A DNA stretch of 64,000 bases from Roseibacillus sp. (GTDB lineage: Bacteria; Verrucomicrobiota; Verrucomicrobiia; Verrucomicrobiales; Akkermansiaceae), in contig JBPOGI010000003.1 in the NCBI GenBank assembly GCA_051251855.1, forward strand, positions 512,001 through 576,000, in the 5' to 3' direction. Positions 27,457 through 36,472 of the stretch are shown piece by piece. Position 1 is the first letter of the stretch. Every line of letters begins with the position of its first letter. The notes beneath the pieces were generated by a model, which was given only the letters and a program-made list of their open reading frames with translations, searched no databases and was not told the origin of the DNA. Position numbers and translations under genes: made by a program.

Positions 27457-29736
27457 CTACTTGAGAATGGCGGTGCTGGGGGAGGTCATCGTGAGGTAGT
27501 GGGCGGTGTGATAGCGGTAGCTGAGATAGAGGCTAGAATAGATGGAGACGGCTGGGGCAATGGCACTTCTTCCCTCAGCGCTCAGGCGACCGTTGGCATA
27601 AAGGAGATTGGTCTCGTCTAACAGGAGTTCGGTGTCGAGACCATCGTTAGAAGAGTCGGTATAGAGAGGACGGAATTCTGGGGTGCCACCGGATGTTCTT
27701 TCGTGAAGCCCAAACCCGTAATATCGCCAAAAGAGGTTGAGAGAAGTTGTGGCGGTGTAGGAGTTGAGAATTTGGAAAACGGGGCTGACCATTCCTTCTC
27801 CTCTCACTTCTCCGGGCTTCGAGTATCCGGGTTGGAAGTAGTTGAAAACGGAGGGAGGCTCGAGAGGGAATTGTAAAAGCTCGGTGGCGGCATCGGAGTC
27901 CTGCCAGTATTGAATTCCGGTCTCGTCGTGGAGGGCTGGGTTGGCGGCTCCAGCGGCGGAGGCTCTCACGAGCATGGTCATCCGAATCATGGGCTCGCGG
28001 AGGCGCCCTACTTCAGGATTGGAAAGATCGGGGAGGGGGTTGCGAGCCTCGGGATCGAGAAGAATGGCCTTCACGACGGCTCCCAGATTTCCTCGGTTCC
28101 CGTTACCATCGTTCACGAAGACATGGGCAATGCGTTCGACGAAAGAAGGGGAGGGATTGGAGGTGATGAGGAACTGAATGAGTTGCTTCGAGATGAAGGG
28201 GGCGCAGTTGGGGTGCTCGACGAGCATTTTACAGGTATCGCGAATGTCGTCATAGCCTGTGCGTCCTGCATCGCTTTCGTGGGAAGGTAGAACAACCCCG
28301 TTGAGGAGAGTCTTTTCCCCGGTATCATGGCGATCGGCAAACATGGCGAGAGGGGCTTCAGCCATGTGATTCTGAGTGGCGCTGTTAGGAGGATTGGCAC
28401 CCCAGTTCGCGTTTTGATACCAAAGACCTGTGAAGACGCGGGCCATTTCCTGAATGTCATCAATATCATAGGTGGGAATCGGTTCTCCAGCGGAGTCGAG
28501 CTTGAGGGTTCCGTCCATATTGAGCTCGTTGAGACCAATGGAAAAAAGTTGCATGATTTCCCGAGCATAGTTTTCGTCAGGAAATCGGTTGATGGAGGCG
28601 TCAGCTTTTTCGTTTCCGAGGCTACTCAGCCACCAGCCCATCATAGGGTGGACGCTTGCTTCATAAAGAAGGTCTTCAAAGTCACCGAACGAATGTTCGA
28701 TGAGGAGGTCGTAGTAGTCGGTGCTTCCGAGAGCGAATCCGGCGCAGCGTCTTCCTACCACGAGAATTTCGCTCAGAGCGTAAGCGGTTCTCTGTCGGAG
28801 TTGATCGGGAGCGAAACAGGCAGTTCGTACCCAGGGCGTTGAGATGTTTCGATTTTGAATCCGGCGTTCTTCGAGTTCCGTTGAGACTGTCGGCCAAGGA
28901 GTGAGAGTTCCGTTGTCGAGATAGGCTTGATAGTCGGTGCTACGGCGTGCGTAAAGGAAGTCAATGTAAGGGCTGAGATAGCTCTCAGGAATAACCATTT
29001 GTGCGTCGATCCATTTCTCGTAAGCGTTGTCTCCTAGGGCCTGAAGGCTGGCGATGTCGGCTAGAGAAGGTCCAAAAGTTGCTTGGGCGAGAAAGCGAGA
29101 TGCGGTCTCGGGGGAGGGGGTTCCAGCAACGCTGGTTCCAAAGAGACCTCCTTTAGGGTTTCCTCCCGAGAGGAGATTGGTCATTTGTTGAAGATCGCCC
29201 CCATTGGCAGCAGTGCGCACACTGGCTGCGCTGTTTGGATCAAATCCAACGAGGGTTTCTGCCCAATCGGGGACTTGGTCTCCGTCGGAGTCGGTGGCTG
29301 TGGTGGTGCTCACTCGGAAGAAATCAAAACCGCTTCCGGGAAGGCTTGCTTTACTAACGACGAGACTTCTAACAGTCCCGTCTCCGGTGACGGGGCCACC
29401 GGTGTTGGTCCAAGTGGTGCCATCGGAAGAGTATTCGACTTGGTAGCCAAGGCCTGCCTTTGAAGGCCATCGCACTGTGAAGGAGGTCTCATCCTCGATC
29501 AAAGGCAGACAGCGTAGGCAGTCGGTGGGGCTTTCGGGATCAGTCAGGGAGGCCGCTTCTTCGGCGTTGGAGAAACCGTCTCCATCGCTGTCAGAGCTCA
29601 AGGGTACTTCTAAAATTGAAGGGTAGAGCGCTTCGTAGAGGTCGTCGACTCCATTGCTATTCAAGTCAAGTCCTTGAAGGGGGCTGACTTGCGCTAGGAG
29701 TAAAAAAGCAGGGGGGATGATAAAAGCCTTCTTCAC
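27457..29736 (-). CDS. DUF1800 family protein with an N-terminal DSDGDG surface domain
   Basis: ASRFLAQATFGP, DQLRQR.A.ALSEILVV, PDENYAREIMQLFSIGL, HPNCAPFI, LREP, PSVFNYF. Confidence 0.92.
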   Translation of the reverse strand: MKKAFIIPPAFLLLAQVSPLQGLDLNSNGVDDLYEALYPSILEVPLSSDSDGDGFSNAEEAASLTDPESPTDCLRCLPLIEDETSFTVRWPSKAGLGYQVEYSSDGTTWTNTGGPVTGDGTVRSLVVSKASLPGSGFDFFRVSTTTATDSDGDQVPDWAETLVGFDPNSAASVRTAANGGDLQQMTNLLSGGNPKGGLFGTSVAGTPSPETASRFLAQATFGPSLADIASLQALGDNAYEKWIDAQMVIPESYLSPYIDFLYARRSTDYQAYLDNGTLTPWPTVSTELEERRIQNRNISTPWVRTACFAPDQLRQRTAYALSEILVVGRRCAGFALGSTDYYDLLIEHSFGDFEDLLYEASVHPMMGWWLSSLGNEKADASINRFPDENYAREIMQLFSIGLNELNMDGTLKLDSAGEPIPTYDIDDIQEMARVFTGLWYQNANWGANPPNSATQNHMAEAPLAMFADRHDTGEKTLLNGVVLPSHESDAGRTGYDDIRDTCKMLVEHPNCAPFISKQLIQFLITSNPSPSFVERIAHVFVNDGNGNRGNLGAVVKAILLDPEARNPLPDLSNPEVGRLREPMIRMTMLVRASAAGAANPALHDETGIQYWQDSDAATELLQFPLEPPSVFNYFQPGYSKPGEVRGEGMVSPVFQILNSYTATTSLNLFWRYYGFGLHERTSGGTPEFRPLYTDSSNDGLDTELLLDETNLLYANGRLSAEGRSAIAPAVSIYSSLYLSYRYHTAHYLTMTSPSTAILK

Positions 29737-29743
29737 TAACTCT

Positions 29744-29772
29744 ATTTGAGATTAATATGTATTAATTGTCAA
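29744..29772 (-). promoter_or_regulatory. Putative sigma70 promoter with a palindrome in the spacer
   Basis: Minus strand TTGACA-17 nt-TCAAAT; spacer holds ATTAATA-TG-TATTAAT (29751-29766). Confidence 0.5.
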
Positions 29773-29848
29773 TTCTGTTGAAGTGATTCTTCGATCCGTA
29801 CTGACGGCAAGGAGATTGAGGGCAGTTTGCGAATCGGCACTACGGCTC

Positions 29849-30454
29849 TTATAAACCCTGCTCAGGACTTGTAAGGGGCTGGGCATCTTCACTTTCGACT
29901 AGGTCGTCTTCAGTCCACATCTGCCGATCGGGTCCGGCGGAGCGAACTCCCACGCGATTGATATCAATGGCATGAAAGTAGAGAGGACTTTCCCAGCGGT
30001 CTAGGAACTCTCCCTGCTCGCTGATCCAGGGTGAATCCGGTGAGAGGAAGCGAATCAGAAAAGGGTTTTTCCCTAGAAGGGCTGCGGTGGTCTCGCGATT
30101 TTCTCCTACAGGCAAGGGGTCGGGAGATTTGACGAGGAGAAAGTAGTTATCGAAGACTCCTGCAATTTCCACCAAGTCTTGTTGAGGGCTCGTGTCTTCG
30201 CTCCCGTATTGTTTCAAGTAGTTGCTTGAAAGGTCGTCAATTTCCGATTCGGTGGGAACTTCAGACACGGTTGTGGAGGTCTTTGAGTCTTGGGTGACTT
30301 CAGTTACTTCTTGGGCTGTTTCGGGGGCGCTGCCTGGCAATGTCGACTCCGTATTTTGCGGCTCGATGGACTCGCTGGTCATGGTAGCCCGCCAGATGAG
30401 AGCAATGAGAAGAGCGAGAATGACGGCAACTGCAATGGATAGCTTGGCCTTCAA
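29849..30454 (-). CDS. Membrane-anchored protein with a GspG/pseudopilin-like C-terminal motif
   Basis: N-terminal TM; DRWESPLYF...VRSAGPDRQMWTEDDL resembles GspG DPWG.PY...SAGPDG..GT.DDI. Confidence 0.6.
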   Translation of the reverse strand: MKAKLSIAVAVILALLIALIWRATMTSESIEPQNTESTLPGSAPETAQEVTEVTQDSKTSTTVSEVPTESEIDDLSSNYLKQYGSEDTSPQQDLVEIAGVFDNYFLLVKSPDPLPVGENRETTAALLGKNPFLIRFLSPDSPWISEQGEFLDRWESPLYFHAIDINRVGVRSAGPDRQMWTEDDLVESEDAQPLTSPEQGL

Positions 30455-31044
30455 AATCGCCTCCGGTTTCGAGTAAAGAGCATCCCACTAGAAATGATAG
30501 CTAGAAGGGTGAATGCCGAGGGTTCGGGGACCGCTTGTGCTTCGAAATCAAGAATATAGTTCGAAGCAGCGCCAGTCTCGTTGAGCCATCCGGCGTAGTT
30601 GCCTTCTTGGAGGGTTGAGACTCCGAAAAAGGGAGGAAGGCCGGTGAGGCCTGGCAAGGTGATGACGGGCAGGATGTTGCCGCCACTCGTGACGGAGCCT
30701 TCAGAAATGCCCGTATATCCAATAGCGTCAGAGAAGGAATTCGACGGGGGAGAAGAAAGTTGATCGCCTGGCATCATGAGGAGGTAGCTGGCATCCTTTC
30801 CGCCGCTGAAGGAAAGAACCCGAATCCCTGTAATTTCCAATCCGGCAGGAACCACGAGGCGGAACATGTCTAGATCAGAAGTGTTCCCTAGAAGAGTGCC
30901 TTCCAAGACGTTGGAGCCGTCACCGATCACCAATACGGTCGGTTTGAGATAATCGTCGGAAAGATCGCCTGAGGTGGCTTCGCTGTAGTTGAAGCCTTGG
31001 GCTAACAACCCTCCCGAGGAGAGGGCGAAGAAGATCAATTTCAT
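30451..31044 (-). CDS. PEP-CTERM sorting domain protein
   Basis: Short signal peptide; VPEPSAFTLLAIISSGMLFTRNRRRF. Confidence 0.92.
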   Translation of the reverse strand: MKLIFFALSSGGLLAQGFNYSEATSGDLSDDYLKPTVLVIGDGSNVLEGTLLGNTSDLDMFRLVVPAGLEITGIRVLSFSGGKDASYLLMMPGDQLSSPPSNSFSDAIGYTGISEGSVTSGGNILPVITLPGLTGLPPFFGVSTLQEGNYAGWLNETGAASNYILDFEAQAVPEPSAFTLLAIISSGMLFTRNRRRF

Positions 31045-31187
31045 GGCCCCAAAATAGTTTGGGAAAGCTGGAAGTATAGGGCTGAGAATGTCAGGATGTC
31101 TTAGTGTCAGTATCCGATTGGTATTCCTTAGAATGCGGATTGTCAGATTGACTTTATTTTCTGAAGTTTCAAATCTGTTGGTGCGCT

Positions 31188-31838
31188 ATGAATCTCCCCC
31201 CTTCCTTCCCTCTGTGCTCAATCTGTCTATTGAGCTGGAGTCTACATTTGCCGGCTCAAACGGTGACGGTGAGTGGGGTTGATAAGGTGACAGGTCAATT
31301 TTTGAATTCCGGAGGGGCAGGGCTTCAAATGGGTTCTGTGGTGAGGGTCGGTAGTTTTAACCTCTCAGGAGGAGGTCAATCAGTGCTTCAGTTTTCAAAT
31401 GACTTCAGCGAAATTGACGCTTTGTTTACTCCTTTGGCTGAAGGGATTCTGAACGCGGGGACGGTAAATCAATCGCCGACTTCTGGAGACCAATTGGTCA
31501 TTAACGATTTTTCAAATCCTGGCGATATCTTTGGTAATATTACCGATACCGATGGCAGTTATTTGGCGGCTGGGAGCGCTCTTTTCCTCTGGGTATTCAA
31601 TAGTGAAATCATGGGCGATGCTACTGAGTGGGCAATTGTAGGTTCGACAGATAGTTCTTGGATGATGCCGGAAGAGGAGGGGTCGACGACGTTGACGCCG
31701 CAAGATGTTGATACGATTTTGCGAGGTAGTGGAGCTGGACCTAATATCCTATTGGAGACTTATGCGGTTCCGGAACCCAGTGTAGTTCTACTGGGTTGTT
31801 TGAGCGCGAGTGTGCTCCTTGGACGCCGGAGAACGTAG
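31188..31838 (+). CDS. PEP-CTERM sorting domain protein, paralogue of 22560-23492
   Basis: Signal peptide; VPEPSVVLLGCLSASVLLGRRRT. Confidence 0.92.
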   Translation: MNLPPSFPLCSICLLSWSLHLPAQTVTVSGVDKVTGQFLNSGGAGLQMGSVVRVGSFNLSGGGQSVLQFSNDFSEIDALFTPLAEGILNAGTVNQSPTSGDQLVINDFSNPGDIFGNITDTDGSYLAAGSALFLWVFNSEIMGDATEWAIVGSTDSSWMMPEEEGSTTLTPQDVDTILRGSGAGPNILLETYAVPEPSVVLLGCLSASVLLGRRRT

Positions 31839-32387
31839 TTACTCAACCTTCTCGAAGTAAAGGATGGCGGTCTTGCCGTAGTTCTTGCGCTTGATGAGTT
31901 TAAGGCCCTCAAGTTCTTCCGGGCTCGTTCGTTCGGACTCGACTTCGAGCATCAGAATTCCTCCGGGAGCTAATGGAAGTGGCGCGAGGAGGAGGGGGCC
32001 AGCGAGGTCGGGGGCACCATTACGGTGATAGGGTGGATCGGCAAAGATGAGGTCGAAGAGTTGAGGTCCCCGCGGATTTTCAATGAACTTGACTGCGTCG
32101 CCCTCGATGATTTTCCCGTTGGTGAATTTAGTATGGGCGAGGTTTTGGCGCAGGCAGCGAAGGGCGTTGGAATCGTTTTCGATAAAGAGGCAGCTGGCGG
32201 CACCGCGTGATAGGGACTCAAGGCCAAGAGCTCCGGTGCCCGCAAAGAGGTCGAGGACTTTGGCGTTGGGAACGACGAGACTGAGTACATTGAAGACGGC
32301 CTCGCGCACGCGATCGGAGGTAGGACGGGTGACGTCGGCGGGTTCTTTGAGGCGGGTTCCGCGATGGGTGCCGGCGATGATTCTCAT
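31839..32387 (-). CDS. rsmD: 16S rRNA (guanine966-N2)-methyltransferase
   Basis: MRIIAG, TRPTSDRVREAVFN, LDLFAGTGALGLESLSRGA, FADPPY. Confidence 0.96.
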   Translation of the reverse strand: MRIIAGTHRGTRLKEPADVTRPTSDRVREAVFNVLSLVVPNAKVLDLFAGTGALGLESLSRGAASCLFIENDSNALRCLRQNLAHTKFTNGKIIEGDAVKFIENPRGPQLFDLIFADPPYHRNGAPDLAGPLLLAPLPLAPGGILMLEVESERTSPEELEGLKLIKRKNYGKTAILYFEKVE

Positions 32388-33919
32388 GGGTTGCTGGGGC
32401 TGCTGGGATTGGAAGTCTGTGGTGGAGGAAGTTCTTCGGCGACCTCCATACTGGTGAAGGCTTTTAAGGAACTTAGGAGTTCTGGGAAGGGGATAAACTC
32501 TCCCCGGCGTCCCGTGTTTACCTGGGCATTGGGGAGAAAGCCTTCGAAGTGGAGGTCGCGATAGAAGCGATCAGGGGTTTCGAGCGGGGATAGCCAGCGG
32601 CGAGTCCACCCTCGGCTGATCAGGCTGCCGATAGCGACATTCGTAAACCGATCTGCGAGTTCGGGGTCGGATACGATCCGCAAGACGCCGAGGAGGTATC
32701 CTCCTAGGTGGAGTTGACCATTGCCGAGGAGGGAGAGTCTTTCGGAACGGAGTGAGAAGTCGGGAGCGACAAGAGTGGCGTTGCGGAGGTTTGCGCGCGC
32801 ACGAGCCGTTTCGAAGTGAAAGTGTTGTTCGCGGAGCTCGGAGAAAACTTCGATCTCATCGAGAGCAGCGTTCGAATCGAAGCGCCAGGTGTTGGGATTG
32901 AGCAGAGCGCCTCGGGCCGCTATGTTCGCAGTGATGGATTTGGCGCGAAGATGAAAGCGGGAGTCGCGGTGGAGGATGTAGTCTGAAAGTGGTTGTGAAG
33001 GAAGAGAGGCCTGGAAGCGAAAGTCGCGACTTGCTCTTCGGGGCGAGAAGCTTCCTCCGACACGGATGTCAAAGGGGATGGCTGAGAGGGCGTCATCGGC
33101 CAGTTGGGGCAAGGTGAGGGGAAGGTCTTGATTGGGGAGAGTCCAAGTGGGAGATTTCCACTCTATGGGAAGGGTGCTGCTGCTTGCGAGCAAGTGCTTC
33201 CCCAAGGTAATTTTCTGCCACGAGAGGGATCCTTTGGTTGGGGGGCCGCCGAGCGGAAGGTTAGCGTTGAAAGAATGAAAGTTGATGCCCTGACCGAGCT
33301 TCATGGAATAGACGCGAATATTCGCGTTGCGGAGTCGGACCCAGAAGCGCTTTTCGTCGATAGGCTTTGGCTCTAATTGAGGCTGAGGCTTTGTTTTTTC
33401 GGTTCTTTTCGGTTTGGTTTTTTGGGCTGGCTGGTTCTCTGGGAGTGGTGGTTTCGGCTTTGTGGCAGGGGGTGGGCTGACCTTGGGTTGCAGTACTGTG
33501 GTCGGTTTGGTGGGCTCGACGATGAGAAGCATCTCGACGGGGATGTTAAGCTGAGGCTTATCGAGGATTATTTCACGGAAGAGATTTTTCCCGCGAAGAA
33601 GTTGGCCCCAATAGGGTTTGAGTTCGACTTTTTGGAGCTCGAGAAGGGGGAGGAGGGGTTTCTGGGCCTTTTGGGAAGTAGGAAGGGAAGCTGTTAGTTT
33701 TTTGACGGTGATTCCGTTCCAAGGGGACCAACTTGCGCCCGCGACTTGCCACGAGATGCCATAGGTGCGGCGGTTGAGATTTTTTTGGAGAAAGTTCTGA
33801 CCGGGCTTTGTGCTCAGAAAGAGGTTGCTGCCGGCGTAGCCGAGCAGGGTGAGGATGATGATGGTGAGGCCTGCGCGTACAAGCCACCGGAGAGGGTGTC
33901 GGGACTTGTGAGAGTTCAC
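32384..33919 (-). CDS. Hypothetical membrane-anchored protein, AsmA-like
   Basis: N-terminal TM, then beta-rich pattern with LDKPQLNI; Pro/Lys linker; stop overlaps the rsmD start. Confidence 0.5.
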   Translation of the reverse strand: MNSHKSRHPLRWLVRAGLTIIILTLLGYAGSNLFLSTKPGQNFLQKNLNRRTYGISWQVAGASWSPWNGITVKKLTASLPTSQKAQKPLLPLLELQKVELKPYWGQLLRGKNLFREIILDKPQLNIPVEMLLIVEPTKPTTVLQPKVSPPPATKPKPPLPENQPAQKTKPKRTEKTKPQPQLEPKPIDEKRFWVRLRNANIRVYSMKLGQGINFHSFNANLPLGGPPTKGSLSWQKITLGKHLLASSSTLPIEWKSPTWTLPNQDLPLTLPQLADDALSAIPFDIRVGGSFSPRRASRDFRFQASLPSQPLSDYILHRDSRFHLRAKSITANIAARGALLNPNTWRFDSNAALDEIEVFSELREQHFHFETARARANLRNATLVAPDFSLRSERLSLLGNGQLHLGGYLLGVLRIVSDPELADRFTNVAIGSLISRGWTRRWLSPLETPDRFYRDLHFEGFLPNAQVNTGRRGEFIPFPELLSSLKAFTSMEVAEELPPPQTSNPSSPSNP

Positions 33920-33931
33920 GAAGGTGAGATG

Positions 33932-34627
33932 CTATGGCCGCTTAACCGCGAAGCGGATGACCATGCTCTTGTCGAAGAGTCGACGGCCTTTTTCTGAGAC
34001 TTCTTGGATACGATAGACGAGGAGACCGTAGCTGCCGTCGGAAAGCTTGCCGATTGCGAGGTTTTCTTTCGTGATGCCAAAGCCATCGTTGGCCTCCATT
34101 TTCCATTCTTTGCCAGTCCATTCCCCGAGAATGCTGCGCTTGTCTGCCTTGATGTCTTCGATGCGGTTGAGGGTGCCGCTGGTGGTGGTGTAGGTGTCGG
34201 CTTTGGGATCGTAGAACATGGTGGTGATGTCGGAGCCCTGTCCGGTCACCCGGATGCGCCACCTTTCACCCGCTTTTTCCAAGCGAACGATGAGTTCGCC
34301 TTGGGGAAGGGGCTTCATTTCGCGTTTGTCCCAAAGCTTGAGATATTCTTCGTATTCGGTTTTGGAGAGGCCGAGCTTTTCGTCATAGGGAAGAGGGATG
34401 CCTGGTTTGGCGTTCTTGGAGTATTCCTCGAACCATTCGGGGTCTGTTTTCCGCACTTCGTCGACTTTGGCGATATACTTCTCGATTTCCTCGGGAGGAA
34501 CTACCGCCACGATTTCTCCCTTTACCGCTACGTCAGGGACGAGGTAGTCGGCAAAGACGGCAGGAGCCTTTTCCTGAGCGGAGGTAGAGAGAGTGAAAAG
34601 GAGTGAAAGCAGTAAAAAAGTTTTCAT
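33932..34627 (-). CDS. Secreted hypothetical protein
   Basis: Signal peptide MKTFLLLSLLFTLSTSA; codon bias like neighbouring genes. Confidence 0.8.
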   Translation of the reverse strand: MKTFLLLSLLFTLSTSAQEKAPAVFADYLVPDVAVKGEIVAVVPPEEIEKYIAKVDEVRKTDPEWFEEYSKNAKPGIPLPYDEKLGLSKTEYEEYLKLWDKREMKPLPQGELIVRLEKAGERWRIRVTGQGSDITTMFYDPKADTYTTTSGTLNRIEDIKADKRSILGEWTGKEWKMEANDGFGITKENLAIGKLSDGSYGLLVYRIQEVSEKGRRLFDKSMVIRFAVKRP

Positions 34628-34723
34628 AGCAGGGTGTGTTGTGGGGGAAGCTTCGTTGGCTGGCGGAGAATCTCAAGCATATAGCAATGCTTGGTGAGCA
34701 ATCATTTGGGGTGAGAGGACAAG

Positions 34724-34753
34724 AAAAAGGGATCCTCGCGAGGATCCCTTTTT
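34724..34753. terminator. Bidirectional rho-independent terminator
   Basis: Perfect palindrome AAAAAGGGATCCTCGCGAGGATCCCTTTTT. Confidence 0.9.
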
Positions 34754-34791
34754 AATCGGAGTCGGGCACACGGCCCAACGATGAGTTAACG

Positions 34792-35172
34792 TCAGCGGCT
34801 AGCGCTGCGGCTACGGGAGGGGGTCACGTAGCGACGATTGCTGCTGGAGTGATGGCTGCTTCTCGTGCTTCTGCTGGTTGAGTAGCGGGGGCTCACGTAG
34901 CGACTGCTGTAGCCGTGGCGAACGACGGGGGCGCGGTAAGCGGTGCGGCAACCGCAATTGAAGGGCTGGCGGTAATAGCTATAGATGGGGCGGCGGTAAC
35001 CATCGTAGCCGCGGACGACACGCTTGGTGTAAATGGGGCAACCACAGCTGGCACGGCCACTAACGTAGGTGTAACCGGTGCCAATACTGATGTGGACACC
35101 GGCTTCTGCGGTGTTGGGAGTGGCGACGAAGCCGACCAAGACGGCAGCGATTGTTGTGAGTAGTTTTTTCAT
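34792..35172 (-). CDS. Small secreted Arg/Tyr/Ser-rich protein with two CGC motifs
   Basis: Signal peptide ending AEA; AGAAAGGAA SD-like sequence upstream; followed by a terminator. Confidence 0.75.
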   Translation of the reverse strand: MKKLLTTIAAVLVGFVATPNTAEAGVHISIGTGYTYVSGRASCGCPIYTKRVVRGYDGYRRPIYSYYRQPFNCGCRTAYRAPVVRHGYSSRYVSPRYSTSRSTRSSHHSSSNRRYVTPSRSRSASR

Positions 35173-35803
35173 AGTCTGGTTCCTTTCTTTTCAGTTGGGG
35201 TTCGCAAGCTAGGACCCTGACGAAGGGGAAAGTATTCACTGCAAGGGAACGTTTTCGTGATTTGTGCTCGCTCGGGAGAGAAGAGCGGAAACTTGGAATG
35301 ACGGACGGCGGGGGCACCATCCTCATGCTGTGAGCTAGCCAAGTTACAACGGACCAGTTTCGATAGAGGATGGGGGGATGTTTCTAAATTTCGCCTATTT
35401 TCGCACGCAGATGGAAGAGGGGGGGAAATTGGGTTGAGAGGGAGCCCGCTGCGCGGTATGGGGGCTACTAAGTCATCGATATCGATTATCGGACTGGCTG
35501 TAAATGCGGAGACCGAACGGGAAAGGATTTTCCGGTGAGTGAGTTCGCGGTGGCTCAGTTTAGAAAACGGGGATTGGAGCCTCCTGAGTTCATACCGGTA
35601 TCGGTCCCTGTGCCTGCTCGAGATCCACGAGATCGATAGTCTTGGGGGGGATGCTGGGAGATTCTCGAAATCAATTGGTTCTGGGTCGTTTGCTTCGATT
35701 ACAAAACTTTGGGGCAATTGTAGTGAGTAAAAGTCGGAAGATCGCGTTCAATAGGGCGAACAAAAACAGCGGGCGGAGACGCTTTGCTGAGTAGAACAAA
35801 ACA

Positions 35804-36184
35804 ATGAACGAAGAATCAAATGATAACAGTACTGCTCCCGAGCCTAAGCGTTCGTTTGAGCGCGTTGATGATGCGGTGAAGTCTGCGATGGAAGAAGCTA
35901 CCAAGAAAGCCCGCGAGGCTGCTCCAAAGGTGAAAGAGTCTTTGGGTGATATTCTCAAGGATATGGCCTATGGGTTGGCTTACGGATCGAGTTTCGCGAG
36001 TTCCTTTGCGAACGAATTTGTGCCGGAGTCCGTTAAGGAGTCGGTGGCGAAGGGGGCGGCAGATGGAAGTAAGGCGGCTGAGGAGGCTTCCGAGCGCTTG
36101 AAAGAAGCGGTCGAGCGTCGTTCCAAGCACCCGGATAAGGCTGGTGACGGTCCGATCGAGGCCATTCAAGCGCCTGCCGGATAA
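35804..36184 (+). CDS. Hypothetical protein (helical, Ala/Glu/Lys-rich)
   Basis: Plausible composition, A-rich start context, followed by a terminator. Confidence 0.7.
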   Translation: MNEESNDNSTAPEPKRSFERVDDAVKSAMEEATKKAREAAPKVKESLGDILKDMAYGLAYGSSFASSFANEFVPESVKESVAKGAADGSKAAEEASERLKEAVERRSKHPDKAGDGPIEAIQAPAG

Positions 36185-36215
36185 CGATTTTTTTGGCTGT
36201 AATGTGTGTATGGTG

Positions 36216-36253
36216 AGAACGGTCCTTGGTTTACCAGGGGCCGTTCTTGTTTT
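36216..36253 (+). terminator. Rho-independent terminator
   Basis: AGAACGGTCCTTGGT-TT-ACCAGGGGCCGTTCT followed by TGTTTT. Confidence 0.75.
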
Positions 36254-36313
36254 CTGGCTCTTTATCAGAAGAGTCGAAAAAATTTAGTGGCGTGACAGGA
36301 TACTGATTCTTGA

Positions 36314-36400
36314 GGAGCGTTGACTTCAGTCGTCGAGTCTTGTGGCTGGAGTTATTTTATGAGGGCCGGAAAGTGGGTGGACGACTGAAGTCGACCTTCC
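36314..36400. repeat. REP-like inverted doublet
   Basis: GGAGCGTTGACTTCAGTCGTC (36314-36334) and GACGACTGAAGTCGACCTTCC (36380-36400), 18/21 complementary. Confidence 0.75.
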
Positions 36401-36472
36401 TTTTTGAGAGAGGCATTTTCCTTTGATTTGTTAGGACTGGTCAAATGTTTAGCTTTCCGGTATAGGGTGGCC

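Noticed and set aside
35540..35630. tRNA-like sequence (GGTGGCTCAGTT...)
   Set aside because: No T-arm GTTCRA motif at the right spacing and no acceptor stem.
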